This document shows, in pieces, positions 10,913 to 21,338 of a stretch of 64,000 bases of DNA. Made by a program: the position numbers and the translations under genes. The DNA comes from Calcarisporiella thermophila CBS 279.70. Its lineage: Eukaryota > Fungi > Calcarisporiellomycota. The notes under the pieces were generated by a model that was not told where the DNA came from, did no database searches, and saw only the letters and a list, made by a program, of their open reading frames with translations. Position 1 is the first letter of the stretch. Each line of letters begins with the position of its first letter. The stretch lies in NCBI RefSeq assembly GCF_041956535.1, contig NW_027192191.1, forward strand, positions 1,506,087 through 1,570,086, in the 5' to 3' direction.

Positions 10913-12159
10913 TGGATCCTTATTCACTCGACTCTCTCTTTCTCTTCTACTTCTATTGACCCTTCATCTCGTTTGATTCTCTTTTAATTGTGTTCTTCTT
11001 TTCTCCTTCTTTCTGGATCATGCTCTAGTTCATGCTATTGTATTAAATATTACTTTATCCACTTTTTCTCTCCACTCGAGTTTAGTTGGAGGCAGAGGCT
11101 CGGGCGCCGGTGTTTTTGTCGGCGCCCTTTCCTATGCTTATATAAGGTTGCCGCCTAACCTTCTCTTCATAGGGGGCGTGATGCGGCAAAAAAGGAAATG
11201 GGGCGATGCCTCTGAGGACAACCCCGGGAGAGTCAGCTGGCGATGACCTTGACCAAGCATGGATGAGTACGCTAGAGAGCATAGGTCCTTCCGGAAAGAC
11301 GAGTCTGTCTAGGCTTGGGCCCCGAGAGTGAAGGGCAGAGGGCCAAACTAAGGGGGAGCCTCCTCCCTCCAATCCCCTCCCGCCCTCTGCCACGGCCGTA
11401 TTGGCTCATCTCCACCGGCCAGTTCGGGTTGTGGCAGCTGTGGCTTCATGATCCCCGCTCTCTCTCCTTTGTTCACCAAGGGGAGGGGGACCTCAACCAT
11501 GCTTATGATCCAGGTGTTGGCACCCCCCGTCCCTGCTTACCCCCTCCCCCCACCTCGACATTGCCTTTCTCCCCCTGACCTTCCCGAGGCACGGGTAAGG
11601 GGCCACAGCCTAAGCGGGAATCAAACCCGAGTCCTACGCTCCCCAAGCACTATATTGGTTGCCCTCCTGGGGGCCAAGCGCTCGGTGCAAAGCGCACCGT
11701 GTTGCTCCGGTGAGCAGGAGTCGAAGCATACTTGCTCGCCAATGAAAGCCTGCCTTGGCCGTTGACGGGTGGAGGCTACCCTTCTACAAAGAACGCTAGC
11801 CGGAAGCTGCATTTATTTGGCACAGTTGCACATGGAAGGGAGAGGCAGAGCCAAAGCGTCTTGGAACTCTTCCCTATGACCTTGGAGACGAAATAGAAAG
11901 TTCAGAAATCAAGGTCACGTGCAAACGTTCGGGTGGCTAAACTCAAATGTCATTTCATTCCCCATTTCAATAGGCAGCTCGAGTAGTATGGACATTATAA
12001 TAAAATTGTATTATTCAAAAGGAAAACAGAAAACAATACAGCAAAACAAGCGTTAAGTACGGTGATTCATTTAACATCTGATCGTGTTCGAAAATTCAAA
12101 TAAGAAAAAAGAAATCATGAGATAAATTAAGACACTCCCTCAAAAAAAAAAAATCCAAC

Positions 12160-13005
12160 TTATTCGGGGACAGCCGCAGCAAGAATTCTTGCTGTAAGGG
12201 CACGATGGGCTTCACTCAGTTGCTCCTCGAGCTTCTTGATCCTCTGCATGTGCTCTTTGTCACGCAGTTCAGAACTCGTCTTTTCACTTTCCAGGACGGC
12301 CGTCTTCACTTGGAGCCTGGCATTCTCAGCTTCAAGCTCGGCAACCCGCTTCTCAAGCGTCTCCATACGGTGCAGCTTCCTCATCCGAGATCGGCGGGCA
12401 GCGTCCGTGTTCTTTTGGCGCTTAAGAGCCAGTTCCTCCTCAAACTGAGGGGTGTTGGGGAGAGGCTCTTCACGGGTGCGCTTGCGACCCCTTCGACTCG
12501 CTCCAGTCTGAGCCATAGGGGGGCTGGACATCAGCGGAGTAGCAGGCGTGGGCGGGGCCTGATGGTTGGGCGTGATCGAATTGAGTGGAGGGGTCGGGAG
12601 CTGCAGGGAAGCCTGCGTGAGAGTGGGGGTGCTGGAAGAAGCCGGCTTGAAAAGGGCCGAGGCAAGGTCTGGGAAAGCGGCGATGGCGGCGTCGAGCCAT
12701 GGGCTACCATCGGTGAGAGAAGCATCAGGGGACTCGGGAGAAGAGTGGATGGTGGAGTCAAAGAGTTTGCCCATGTTGTCTTCGTTGAGGAGGAACTCGG
12801 TATTGGAGGGCGATTCGTGAAGAGCGGGGCTGGGCTGAATGGAGTTGGAGAAGTCTTGGTCGGGGGAGGAGAGGTCGTGGTCGTTTTCGTTGGAGAGATG
12901 GCCAGCTGCAAGCCACTCATCAAAAAGGGAATCACCGGATGGATTGTTTTCGATGTGTTGCTCGCGGGGGCTAGCCGCGGTGGGGAGAGAGGTTGAGTCG
13001 ACCAT
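12160..13005 (-). CDS. GCN4: Gcn4/Cpc1/CpcA bZIP amino-acid starvation transcription factor
   Basis: bZIP ALKRQKNTDAARRSRMRKLHRMETLEKRVAELE matches Gcn4 [32 protein letters not shown]. Acidic/hydrophobic activation patches (LFDEWL, KLFD, PWLD). First in-frame ATG at 13005; uORFs in the leader. Confidence 0.92.
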   Translation of the reverse strand: MVDSTSLPTAASPREQHIENNPSGDSLFDEWLAAGHLSNENDHDLSSPDQDFSNSIQPSPALHESPSNTEFLLNEDNMGKLFDSTIHSSPESPDASLTDGSPWLDAAIAAFPDLASALFKPASSSTPTLTQASLQLPTPPLNSITPNHQAPPTPATPLMSSPPMAQTGASRRGRKRTREEPLPNTPQFEEELALKRQKNTDAARRSRMRKLHRMETLEKRVAELEAENARLQVKTAVLESEKTSSELRDKEHMQRIKKLEEQLSEAHRALTARILAAAVPE

Positions 13006-13112
13006 GGCAGGTTTGTTTTTCTTAGAGGCGGATTTAGACAGTTTAAACTTGATAACGGAAGATTTGTACGGGTGCGCTGGTTTACGGTTTTTGGAACCCA
13101 ACTTAATGGATA

Positions 13113-13226
13113 TTAGCGTAGGCGAACGGGAGGAGACTTGTGTGGAGGAGCTCTTGTTCTTGCTCTGGAGAGGATTGGTGCGGCTTGGCCGGGAAGAGGT
13201 TGCTTGTGTTTCTTGAGGTAGGCCAT
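13113..13226 (-). promoter_or_regulatory. uORF2 of the GCN4/cpc-1 leader (37 aa, MAYLKKHKQPLPGQAAPILSRARTRAPPHKSPPVRLR)
   Basis: ATG at 13226, TAA ending at 13113, out of frame with the main ORF; one of only two ATGs in the approximately 600 nt upstream of the main ATG. Confidence 0.8.
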
Positions 13227-13324
13227 ATTGGACTACGTTAGGTTGTTGTGGTTGTTGAGAATGGTGGTGATGGTGTTGTTGTTCACTGTGTGAATCCCTG
13301 ATGCAGACTTGGGAGTCTGAGGGT

Positions 13325-13354
13325 TTAGAAGTGGTGGAGGGCGAGAGAAGCCAT
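13325..13354 (-). promoter_or_regulatory. uORF1 of the GCN4/cpc-1 leader (9 aa, MASLALHHF)
   Basis: ATG GCT TCT CTC GCC CTC CAC CAC TTC TAA on the minus strand, out of frame with the main ORF. Confidence 0.8.
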
Positions 13355-13667
13355 AAAAGATAATCAGAAGACTGGTCGTCTAACTGAGGCAAATACAAGT
13401 TAAAGGGGGGAAAAAATAAAGATAATTAAAATGTTTAGTTGACCGCAAAGAATATGCCAACTAAACAGTCGCGCGCGTGGAAATAGTTAAAGGAGGCTGT
13501 GAGAGGGTGGGGAGGGCGCCTATTGCGGACGTCGCTTAACAACCACGGGGAAGGGGGTTGGGGAGAGAGAAAAAGGAAAAAAAAGTAAGGAGGAGAGAGG
13601 ATGAGGCGGCCGGCGAGGGACTACAATTTATTCGAGCGATGAGGGCTTAGTTTGGAAATTCCTGGAA

Positions 13668-13676
13668 ATGACTCAT
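13668..13676. promoter_or_regulatory. Gcn4/CpcA recognition element ATGACTCAT upstream of GCN4
   Basis: Perfect 9-bp consensus about 660 bp upstream of the main ATG; a variant TGAATCA lies at 13752-13758. Confidence 0.7.
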
Positions 13677-13945
13677 AAAAAATAACACTAATCGGCTAAT
13701 TGGGGTCTGAAATCCGATCACGAAAGGCAGAAACAAAAGGCCTCAGTAAGCTGAATCACACCGCCTCGACCACTCAAGGCCGCGATTCTGACCCAAGTCA
13801 TGGAGCCTCCCAAATAGAGTAAATTTCTCGGAGGCTGGGCCTCCAACGACCCTCTCTCGGCCGGCCCAAGCTTAGATGGCCGCGGCTCCTTGCGGGGAGT
13901 CGAATTATTGCCATTGATAACCGATATTAAATTCAAAGTCTAGGA

Positions 13946-15241
13946 TTAATGGGACCTCGCCAGCTTCGAGACCCAGAATCCATACGCCTTTGCAAATCGC
14001 ACGCTGTCTGGATCGTCATCTCCATGACCCATGCTTGCATTCGCGCTATCGCCCACTTCTCCACCGATACTCTCGCTCTTGCGCATCCATTCCTCGGCAA
14101 ACCGCATTTCTTGCGCTTGAACATCGGCATCAATCCACCCAAACCATCGTATCCAAAACGATATAAAGCGCAAATGATACCATAAGGACTCGTGCTCCGG
14201 ATAGCTCTCTATCAAACCTCTCATCCACGCTTCCTCCTCTTTCCATGCATTGTTGGCCTCTCCATCAGAATGGACCTGTCTTTCCTTCCACAGCTCCGTC
14301 CGAGATGGCATTGGTAGATCCTTCAGCTGGCATCTTGCCATCGTCCATCGTAGCAAACACTGCTGCCGATGCTGGATTCCCGAATAGTCCGACACATGTG
14401 TTTCCACCCATTGTCTTGACCACCGTAGTTCTTCAAGGCATTCGCCTGTTGAAAGTTGATGCAATAGCCAAGTCCGATAGGACCATGCGTAGTAGTTCTT
14501 TGGATAGAGAGTGAAGGCACGTTCTGTTAGGGCCAATTCTGCTTGCCAAAATTCTAAAGACGACTTGTGGGCGATTCTCTGAACTAACCATTTCCTAAAG
14601 AAAAAAAGATAGAGAATGAAGTATCAAAAAAGGAAAAGAATACGCATAAGCAAACTTACCGATGATGCCATAAAACAGAGCTCTTTATGTTGCGCGGCAC
14701 TGTGAACACAGGCTGCAAAACCCTTAACTCATCTAACACGTCTAGTTTATTACAAGCTACTAATTGCTTCCGCGCATTTAATGCAGTATAGCAATCGGGA
14801 TTAAGAATCATCATAGCCCGAGATGATTCGAGAATATCTTGAATATCTACATCTGAAGCGAACAATATGTCAAATGGTTTGCAACAAGAAACCCTCAAAT
14901 ATCACGGAATTCTCAAATTTAGCAAAGAATTGAATTAATAGATACCCGAGTGAGTTGAGCGAGCGTACACCTTAAAGAATAGGTCATGAGCCTGCTTGAA
15001 TATCGGAATGAATAAAGGAGAAGGGACACCGAGCTTCGTATTTTCTGCTAATACAAAAGGGTATGCAGGCTCGGTCTGGGACGGTAAAAATGGCAATAGA
15101 CCAATCTCATTTCTAACCACCGCGAATGTCAGTTAATGTGTCTATGGATTTTGGTGGAGAAAAAAAATACATTTGAGGATTACGATTGAGAAGCGTGGTT
15201 AATCGAATATAGACATCGTCCCAAGGTTCGCTTTCTATCAT
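13946..15241 (-). CDS. PTAR1: Protein prenyltransferase alpha-subunit repeat protein (PTAR1-like), multi-exon
   Basis: NEIGLLP, LNPDCYTALNARKQL, KSSVLWHHR, YPKNYYAWSYR, HVSDYSGIQHRQ, YPEHESLWYHLR PPTA repeats; start MIESEPW at 15241. Confidence 0.88.
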
Positions 15242-15408
15242 ATTCGGAATAAGCGTATGCTGCCAGATAAGGCAGCAAGACTCGAATACACTGGTTCCAT
15301 CTCTAAGTGGCTTAGATGTTTAATTTTACATTTCCCGTCAACGTTCGTTCCCTACCTCTCCATTGTACCAAAGAAGCCGTGTCGCAACCCCTAAGGGGCA
15401 GAGAGAAA

Positions 15409-18147
15409 ATGAATACTAGAGGGTGGGACACGCAAGCTTTAATTCCACCTGAACAGTTTGAAAATAGTTTACTGCGTCCCAAAAGTCAGCCTCACCTCAA
15501 TCAATCCAATCTTCGACCCCACCGAGATCATAATGCCAGCAGCACTGTTCAGGACCCGTCAACCGAATCTTCCGACAGTCGGATAAATCAAAAAAACAAA
15601 CACAGACCTAAAGAGAGCAAACGAAGCGATTCCGACGAGCTCCTCCACCAGAGGCAGAGCAGCGCTAGAGAACAAAGTAAACGCAGACAGGATCAATCGA
15701 ACGAGAATCATCATTCCCAGCAAGCCGATGCTTCGTTGCAGCATCGAACTTCTAGCATCCTATCCTCATTGAAACAGCAAACAGTTGAAGCATGCGAAGT
15801 GGAACGTGTGAAGCGAGCACGTTTGGAATACTGCGCAGAAACTCAAGATGATAATCAAGCGATCGAGCACGATATGCACCTCGAGACTCAAGAGCTGCCT
15901 ATCTTGTCACCTCAATCCCATACTATTCCATTGGCTTTTAATCCTGCTCCAATTTCTATCCCGATCCCACCCTTTCCTCCCATGCAGCACCCATTGCCTA
16001 CTGGTAATTGTTTGGTCAATCACTCTTTCCATATCTCCTGCAATTCTAATTCTGGCCCCCACTCTAGACATTGTTCCCGTAAGTGCACAGCAGCGACAGC
16101 GCAAACAATCTAAAATCCATCGAGGCGAAATCGCAACGTTGACAAGCGATTTATCTGCAAGTGACGAGAGCGATGAGGATATCGGAATTTCCGAAAAACT
16201 GGAGGACAATCCTTGGAAACTTCATGGGGAATTGCACGATTTAATGATGAAGCTGGAGAGGCAAAGAGCAAAACATCAGGCCTACCAAAATAAGGTGATT
16301 AGCCTATTATTCTATCTTCTTCCTCCTCCATTCCATGCTGATAGTCCTACAGGCGAAGATCTACGCAAAGAAAGTTCAGACAACGATAGAAACAGCCGAA
16401 AGAAAGCTTCGCTTCCTCCTCCAAATCGGATCATCTTCACTTTATGGCGCCAATATCTCTGCCACCACCCCCCCCACAACTACCACCACCGCCATGGTGA
16501 TTAGCCCACCTATGGAGGGGAATATTCCCCCAATGCCCCACTTGAACGGAAATGGTGTCCACGAGCATGCCTCCACTCAAAGTGGTCGATGGGCCGCCCA
16601 ATCTAGCACCTCTGTGCCCATATTAACCCCTCCCCTTAGAGAGCTGCCCGAGGGAGCTACGGCGAATCAATCGTCGAAGTCAGGCACCCTAGCTGAAAAA
16701 CCTCGTCAGAATGAGCATCCCTCCCCAAAGAAGCCTCGAGCTGGATCTTCGTCCTCCAATTCGTTCTCTGCCCCCTCATCCTCCTCCACCACCACCACTA
16801 CTGCCGTCACCTCCTCCGCTTCCTCCTCAAGGAAAGCCCCCAATTCGCTGAGGAGTCCGAGTGAAAGTAGCTCCGCAAAACCACGAGAGTGCTCATCCAA
16901 GGATGGAGAGAGTGTAGATATTCTTGTGGGTGTCACCAAGACCTCCCTCAAGGCCTTCAAGCGTAAACCTCGTACGCTGCTCTTCAACAATGCTAGAGAA
17001 GGCGATTTATCGGACATGAGCGACCTCATGGTGACGAGTTCTTTAGACGGCGAGATATTGTTTTGGAATGCTCGAACTAGAAAGTACCCTATTTACCCAC
17101 TGCCTAATGTCCCTGCTCCTTGCTAATCCTAGCCCCACATAACGCCATAGGACGATCGACTCCATCCCCCCCGCCAAATTTAATTTTGCGTGGCCTGAAG
17201 ATATGTGTTGGATCAACGAGGACACGCTCGCAGTGGCTGCCGCCAGTGGGCGCAATCCTTTCGGCGAGGAGCAGGTGAACTTAATCCAAGTTCGCCCGCA
17301 GGGTAGTCACCGGGTCCAGTATCGTTTACAGAGGCTCAAATACCCAGCACATGAGCGAGGGATCAGCGTCATCGCACCGATAGAGCGAGTCGGCGATAGG
17401 ACCCTCTTCGCAACCGGAGGTCTGGATAAAATTGTGATGGTCTGGGAGGTCCAACAGTCCCATTCCGGAGATTGGAGTCGAGAGAGGGGGGAAAAAGAAG
17501 GTGGGGCAAATATTCTGGGAGTGAGATCGGTTCTCTCCCGCCATACCTCCGCGGTGCACTCGCTTGCCTATGACAGCCGGCACAAGTGGCTTATATCGGG
17601 CGGGGCGGACTGCAGATTGTTTATTACCGACATGGAACGGAAGACAAGAATTTATGATAATAAATTCGCAGAACGGGTAAGCCATCCCAAAGCCCAGCCT
17701 AGCCCATTGTCGAAATGACACAAAGCAGCTAACACGTGTTCCCCTTTTGCACCATGTTAGATCAACCATACTCTTCTAAACCCCGCCAACCCGAATTTAG
17801 TCCTCTTGAACTTCTCCTCCAAACAGCAACAGTTCCGCTTGCTGGACACACGCTCGCCCGAGAGGAGTATTTTCAGCGCCGGCATTGATGAACCTGAAAA
17901 CTTGTCGCGCTACATCTCTCCCTGTTGGCACCCTGCCGGCAATATTTTCAGCTGTGGGAGCAACGCGGCAGGGCGCATTGGGCTGTGGGACATCCGGTGT
18001 TCGCGGAGCCCATTGCAAACCCTGTCATGGCACGAGAAACGCGTCCTGAAGGCCATGTTTCTGCCTGACGGCCACTCCATCGTCAGCGTGAGTACGGACC
18101 TGACGGCTTGTTTTGGACACTTTCAATTGGCGAGTACAAAATTGTAA
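15409..18147 (+). CDS. WD40-repeat protein with long low-complexity/coiled-coil N-terminus (multi-exon)
   Basis: MVTSSLDGEILFWN, WPEDMCW, FATGGLDKIVMVWE, HTSAVHSLAY...LISGGADCRL, GRIGLWDIR. Introns near 16004, 16294, 17084 and 17677. Confidence 0.82.
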
Positions 18148-18739
18148 ATAGCCCGCAATCCAATGTCATCTCTTATTTAACACCCAGTCAATAATATTTA
18201 AATTTTTCCTGCTTCTTGGCATTAATAAATAATAAATGAGTAAAGGATAATACGCATTAAAATCATCATTTTGGAGCACCGGGTCTCTTTGAACTCCTCC
18301 AGGCCATTCGCTGGACTAAAGGGAGCACACATTTGAATGAAAACGGGGGGCTTTCTCTAGCCCGCTCTATTCTTCCCAAAACAGGGTGTGAGAAAGCAGT
18401 GGTTAAACTAGACCTCCCACCCTCGATTGTTTTATTTTCCAAGGAACGAGCTTGAATGGATAGGCTTGGTTCTCGTCGGAACTATTTTTAAACTGGAATT
18501 TCTACTGTTGACAAGTACGAACTGGAGTTTGCCATACAACGAAAAAGGCCAAGAGCCTGATTGCCTTAATTACAAACTCTTGGCGCGGAGATTAGAGAGT
18601 TTGACTTTTGCCACTGGGTGAAATTTATAATTTCGAGTGCAGACTGCTCACATTTTCCCGAGACCATTTTTCCTCTTTCTTTTACGTGTGCGCTTCTTAT
18701 TTTTCACTTTTTGAGCATTAATTCCTACATTTCATTCCA

Positions 18740-19938
18740 ATGGCATTCCCTCAAGGTAATTCATAAAGTACCTCATTCAATGCCATCAAGGTCTACACTA
18801 GGAATTTATGGAGCCCACCAATCCACTGAATTGAATTCACGCTTCATAAACTGGGAATACTAATACCATCCTTTGTCTATTGGTAGGCTGCTACTTTTTC
18901 ATTCAGTCTCAAAAGTACCCTCAACGCGTGCTGGATGTGGAAGGAGACTCTCTTTCACCGGGTACCCGGCTATGCTTTTATCATCGAAAAGATTACCAAA
19001 ATGATAACCAGCTCTGGACATTTCAAAATGGGTGCTTGGTCAACAAGCTCTCTGGCCAGGCCATCGATGTTGAAGGCGGTAAATATAACTAGAATTCCGC
19101 TTCTTTACTATTGATTACTAGTAAAAAAAAATTACGCATTTTCTACCCGTCCATCTAGGATATGCTCAACAGGAAGTCCACCTATGCCAGAACGGACCGA
19201 AAATGCAATGGACAATAGATCCAGAGGGATTCATATTCTCACTCGCAACTGGGCCAGATCTTGTAATGGTAAGCAAGATTTCTATTGATCTAGGTTATCT
19301 TTTTTGGAAATAACGACCACCATAGGACATCAAAGGTGACCACGACCGAGATGGTGCCCATGCCATTTTGTACGGGCGCAAAGCGTGGGGAGATAACGCA
19401 AACCAACGGTTTGTCTGTGTTCCATATGGGTTATCCAATGGGTATCAACAGAGTTATGTACAGGAGAGCTATATCCAATATGAGAATCAGCAAGGAGGAT
19501 TCCAGCAAGGAGGATTCCAGCAAGGGGGATATGGCCAGCCAAGCGGATACAACCCCATGATGTCACCCCCGCAGTGGCAGGATGCGCACCGACAAGGTAT
19601 TTAACCTCTTTGCGGCATTACCCTATAAACCAACCGTTCTGTAACCCATTGCTATTTCAGTATACCAGGAGAAGAAGGCCCACCTCTCCCATGAGATAAT
19701 CGGAGGCGCGGTCGCATTTGAAGCAATGCGCATGTACGCGAAGCGACAAGAAGCTCAAGGCCAGCCCATGAAGCATGCCCTTGCAAAGGAAATTTTAGCA
19801 GGAATAGCCGCAGGAGAAGTCACCAAACTTGTTGAGGAACACAACTGGCCGTGGGAAAAGAAAAGGGAAATAGAACAGCAGGCCCAGCAACAAGTGAATC
19901 AAATGTACGAAGCACAATACGGCGGGAACCGGTGGTGA
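18740..19938 (+). CDS. Ricin-B (CBM13, mucoricin-like) lectin fused to a CipC/DUF3759 domain, 5 exons
   Basis: MAFPQGCYFFIQSQKYPQRVLDVEG...NDNQLWTFQNG...QWTIDPEGFIFS...PDLVMDIKG...NANQRF (QxW repeats); Q/G/Y-rich linker; KAHLSHEIIGGAVAFEAMRMY...HALAKEILAGIAAGEVTKLVE (CipC-like). Confidence 0.88.
19488..19532 (+). repeat. 15-bp tandem repeat x3 encoding QQGGF-QQGGF-QQGGY
   Basis: CAGCAAGGAGGATTC CAGCAAGGAGGATTC CAGCAAGGGGGATAT. Confidence 0.9.
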
Positions 19939-20465
19939 ATGCAAGCAGGTGAATGAGGGCAAAAATAAAACACTGTTTGTAAGTTTTGTCTTTGCTATTC
20001 ATTCAGAATGTGCAGAGCCCAATTTCTACTCCATCACTGCATGCATTAACCTTCTGCAATAAAAGCTGTTCATTGTATTTTTTAATATAAACTCAATCGT
20101 ACTTCACCATTTGTTTTGCCTTGGTCAATTTTCAAGCACACGCTCAGAATAATACTGTCGATAAAGCAACTATTGAATGTTAGGTATGATCCGCTGGGAA
20201 TTTTGATTTTCAGTTTTAAAATATTATTTTCCCGCTTACATCTGGATAAAATGGGAGAAAGCGCGAGGATAGCTAAAGTGAAAAATAGCCCTCATTCAAG
20301 TAGGGGGACCTCCTGCATTAGCTGGTGGTTTTTTATTGGTTTTGCTACTTATTTCTCAAAATGTAGAATAAGAAGGAACGAAACGGTTAATGGTTTAATG
20401 GTTATCTCGAAAAACATATAGTGAAAAGTTGAGCTAAGGAGTCACCGTTTTTATTGGGTGAATAC

Positions 20466-21338
20466 TTAGCAACATTCAAGGAATTCCTCAAAGGATAGAG
20501 GCTTGATCTCTGGGAATAATCCATTGTCATTGTGGGGGAGATCGTAGTCGCCTTTGGCGATGGACACTCGGAAATATTCCATCACGGTGGCAAACGGGTT
20601 CTCTTGGTTGATCGCCTTCTGAGCTTCCTCCATGCTTATATACTCCACGTCAAATTTGCCAAAACGGGTCTCATACTTAGCAAGATATTCGTTCAAGGTC
20701 ATATAATCGCCCCAGAATGTGAGTTGCCTGTTTTTCATATCTGGGCGATCGAAGGAGGCTACGACGAATCTCGCTACATCTCTCATGGAAGTAGCCACCA
20801 TTCGGGAGTCATTCCCATTACCGACGATAATCGCTTTCTTTTCTTTGATAAGGAAGTTTGGATTCATGCCCACCAAATCTTCCATAAACGGACCGTTTAT
20901 GTAGAAAATGTACTCCATGCCATATTTATCATTGTACTCTTTCATCATGAGTCGAAAGTCTCGTTTAGGACCGTAGAAAGGTCCGCCGAGAGCAGAGACA
21001 TCCGTGGTGAATTCCGCTGGGATAAAGCGACTTACGGTAGCATCTTTGCAGGCCTCAAGTAGCTTCCTTTGCTCCATGACCGCCATGTCGCTCAGGGTGG
21101 AAATTACAATATCGGCTTCCCTGACAGCATTTAAAAGTTCATCAGGATTGTTGTAGTCGGTCGAAATACATCCAACGCCCATCTCTAAGAGTGCTTTTTT
21201 CCTGTCATCCACAGTCGAGTTTTTACGCTGGAGGATGCTCACAATATACTTTCCTGTTCTAACGAGCTCTTGTGTCAGAATATGTCCAAAATGGCCAGAG
21301 CCCCCGGCAATAATGACTTTTTTGATTTGCTGGTTCAT
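20466..21338 (-). CDS. NmrA-like / isoflavone-reductase-like NAD(P)-binding protein, intronless
   Basis: KVIIAGGSGHFG Rossmann motif, LLEACKDATVSRFIPAEF, FYGPKRD, TSMRDVARFV. Confidence 0.92.
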   Translation of the reverse strand: MNQQIKKVIIAGGSGHFGHILTQELVRTGKYIVSILQRKNSTVDDRKKALLEMGVGCISTDYNNPDELLNAVREADIVISTLSDMAVMEQRKLLEACKDATVSRFIPAEFTTDVSALGGPFYGPKRDFRLMMKEYNDKYGMEYIFYINGPFMEDLVGMNPNFLIKEKKAIIVGNGNDSRMVATSMRDVARFVVASFDRPDMKNRQLTFWGDYMTLNEYLAKYETRFGKFDVEYISMEEAQKAINQENPFATVMEYFRVSIAKGDYDLPHNDNGLFPEIKPLSFEEFLECC

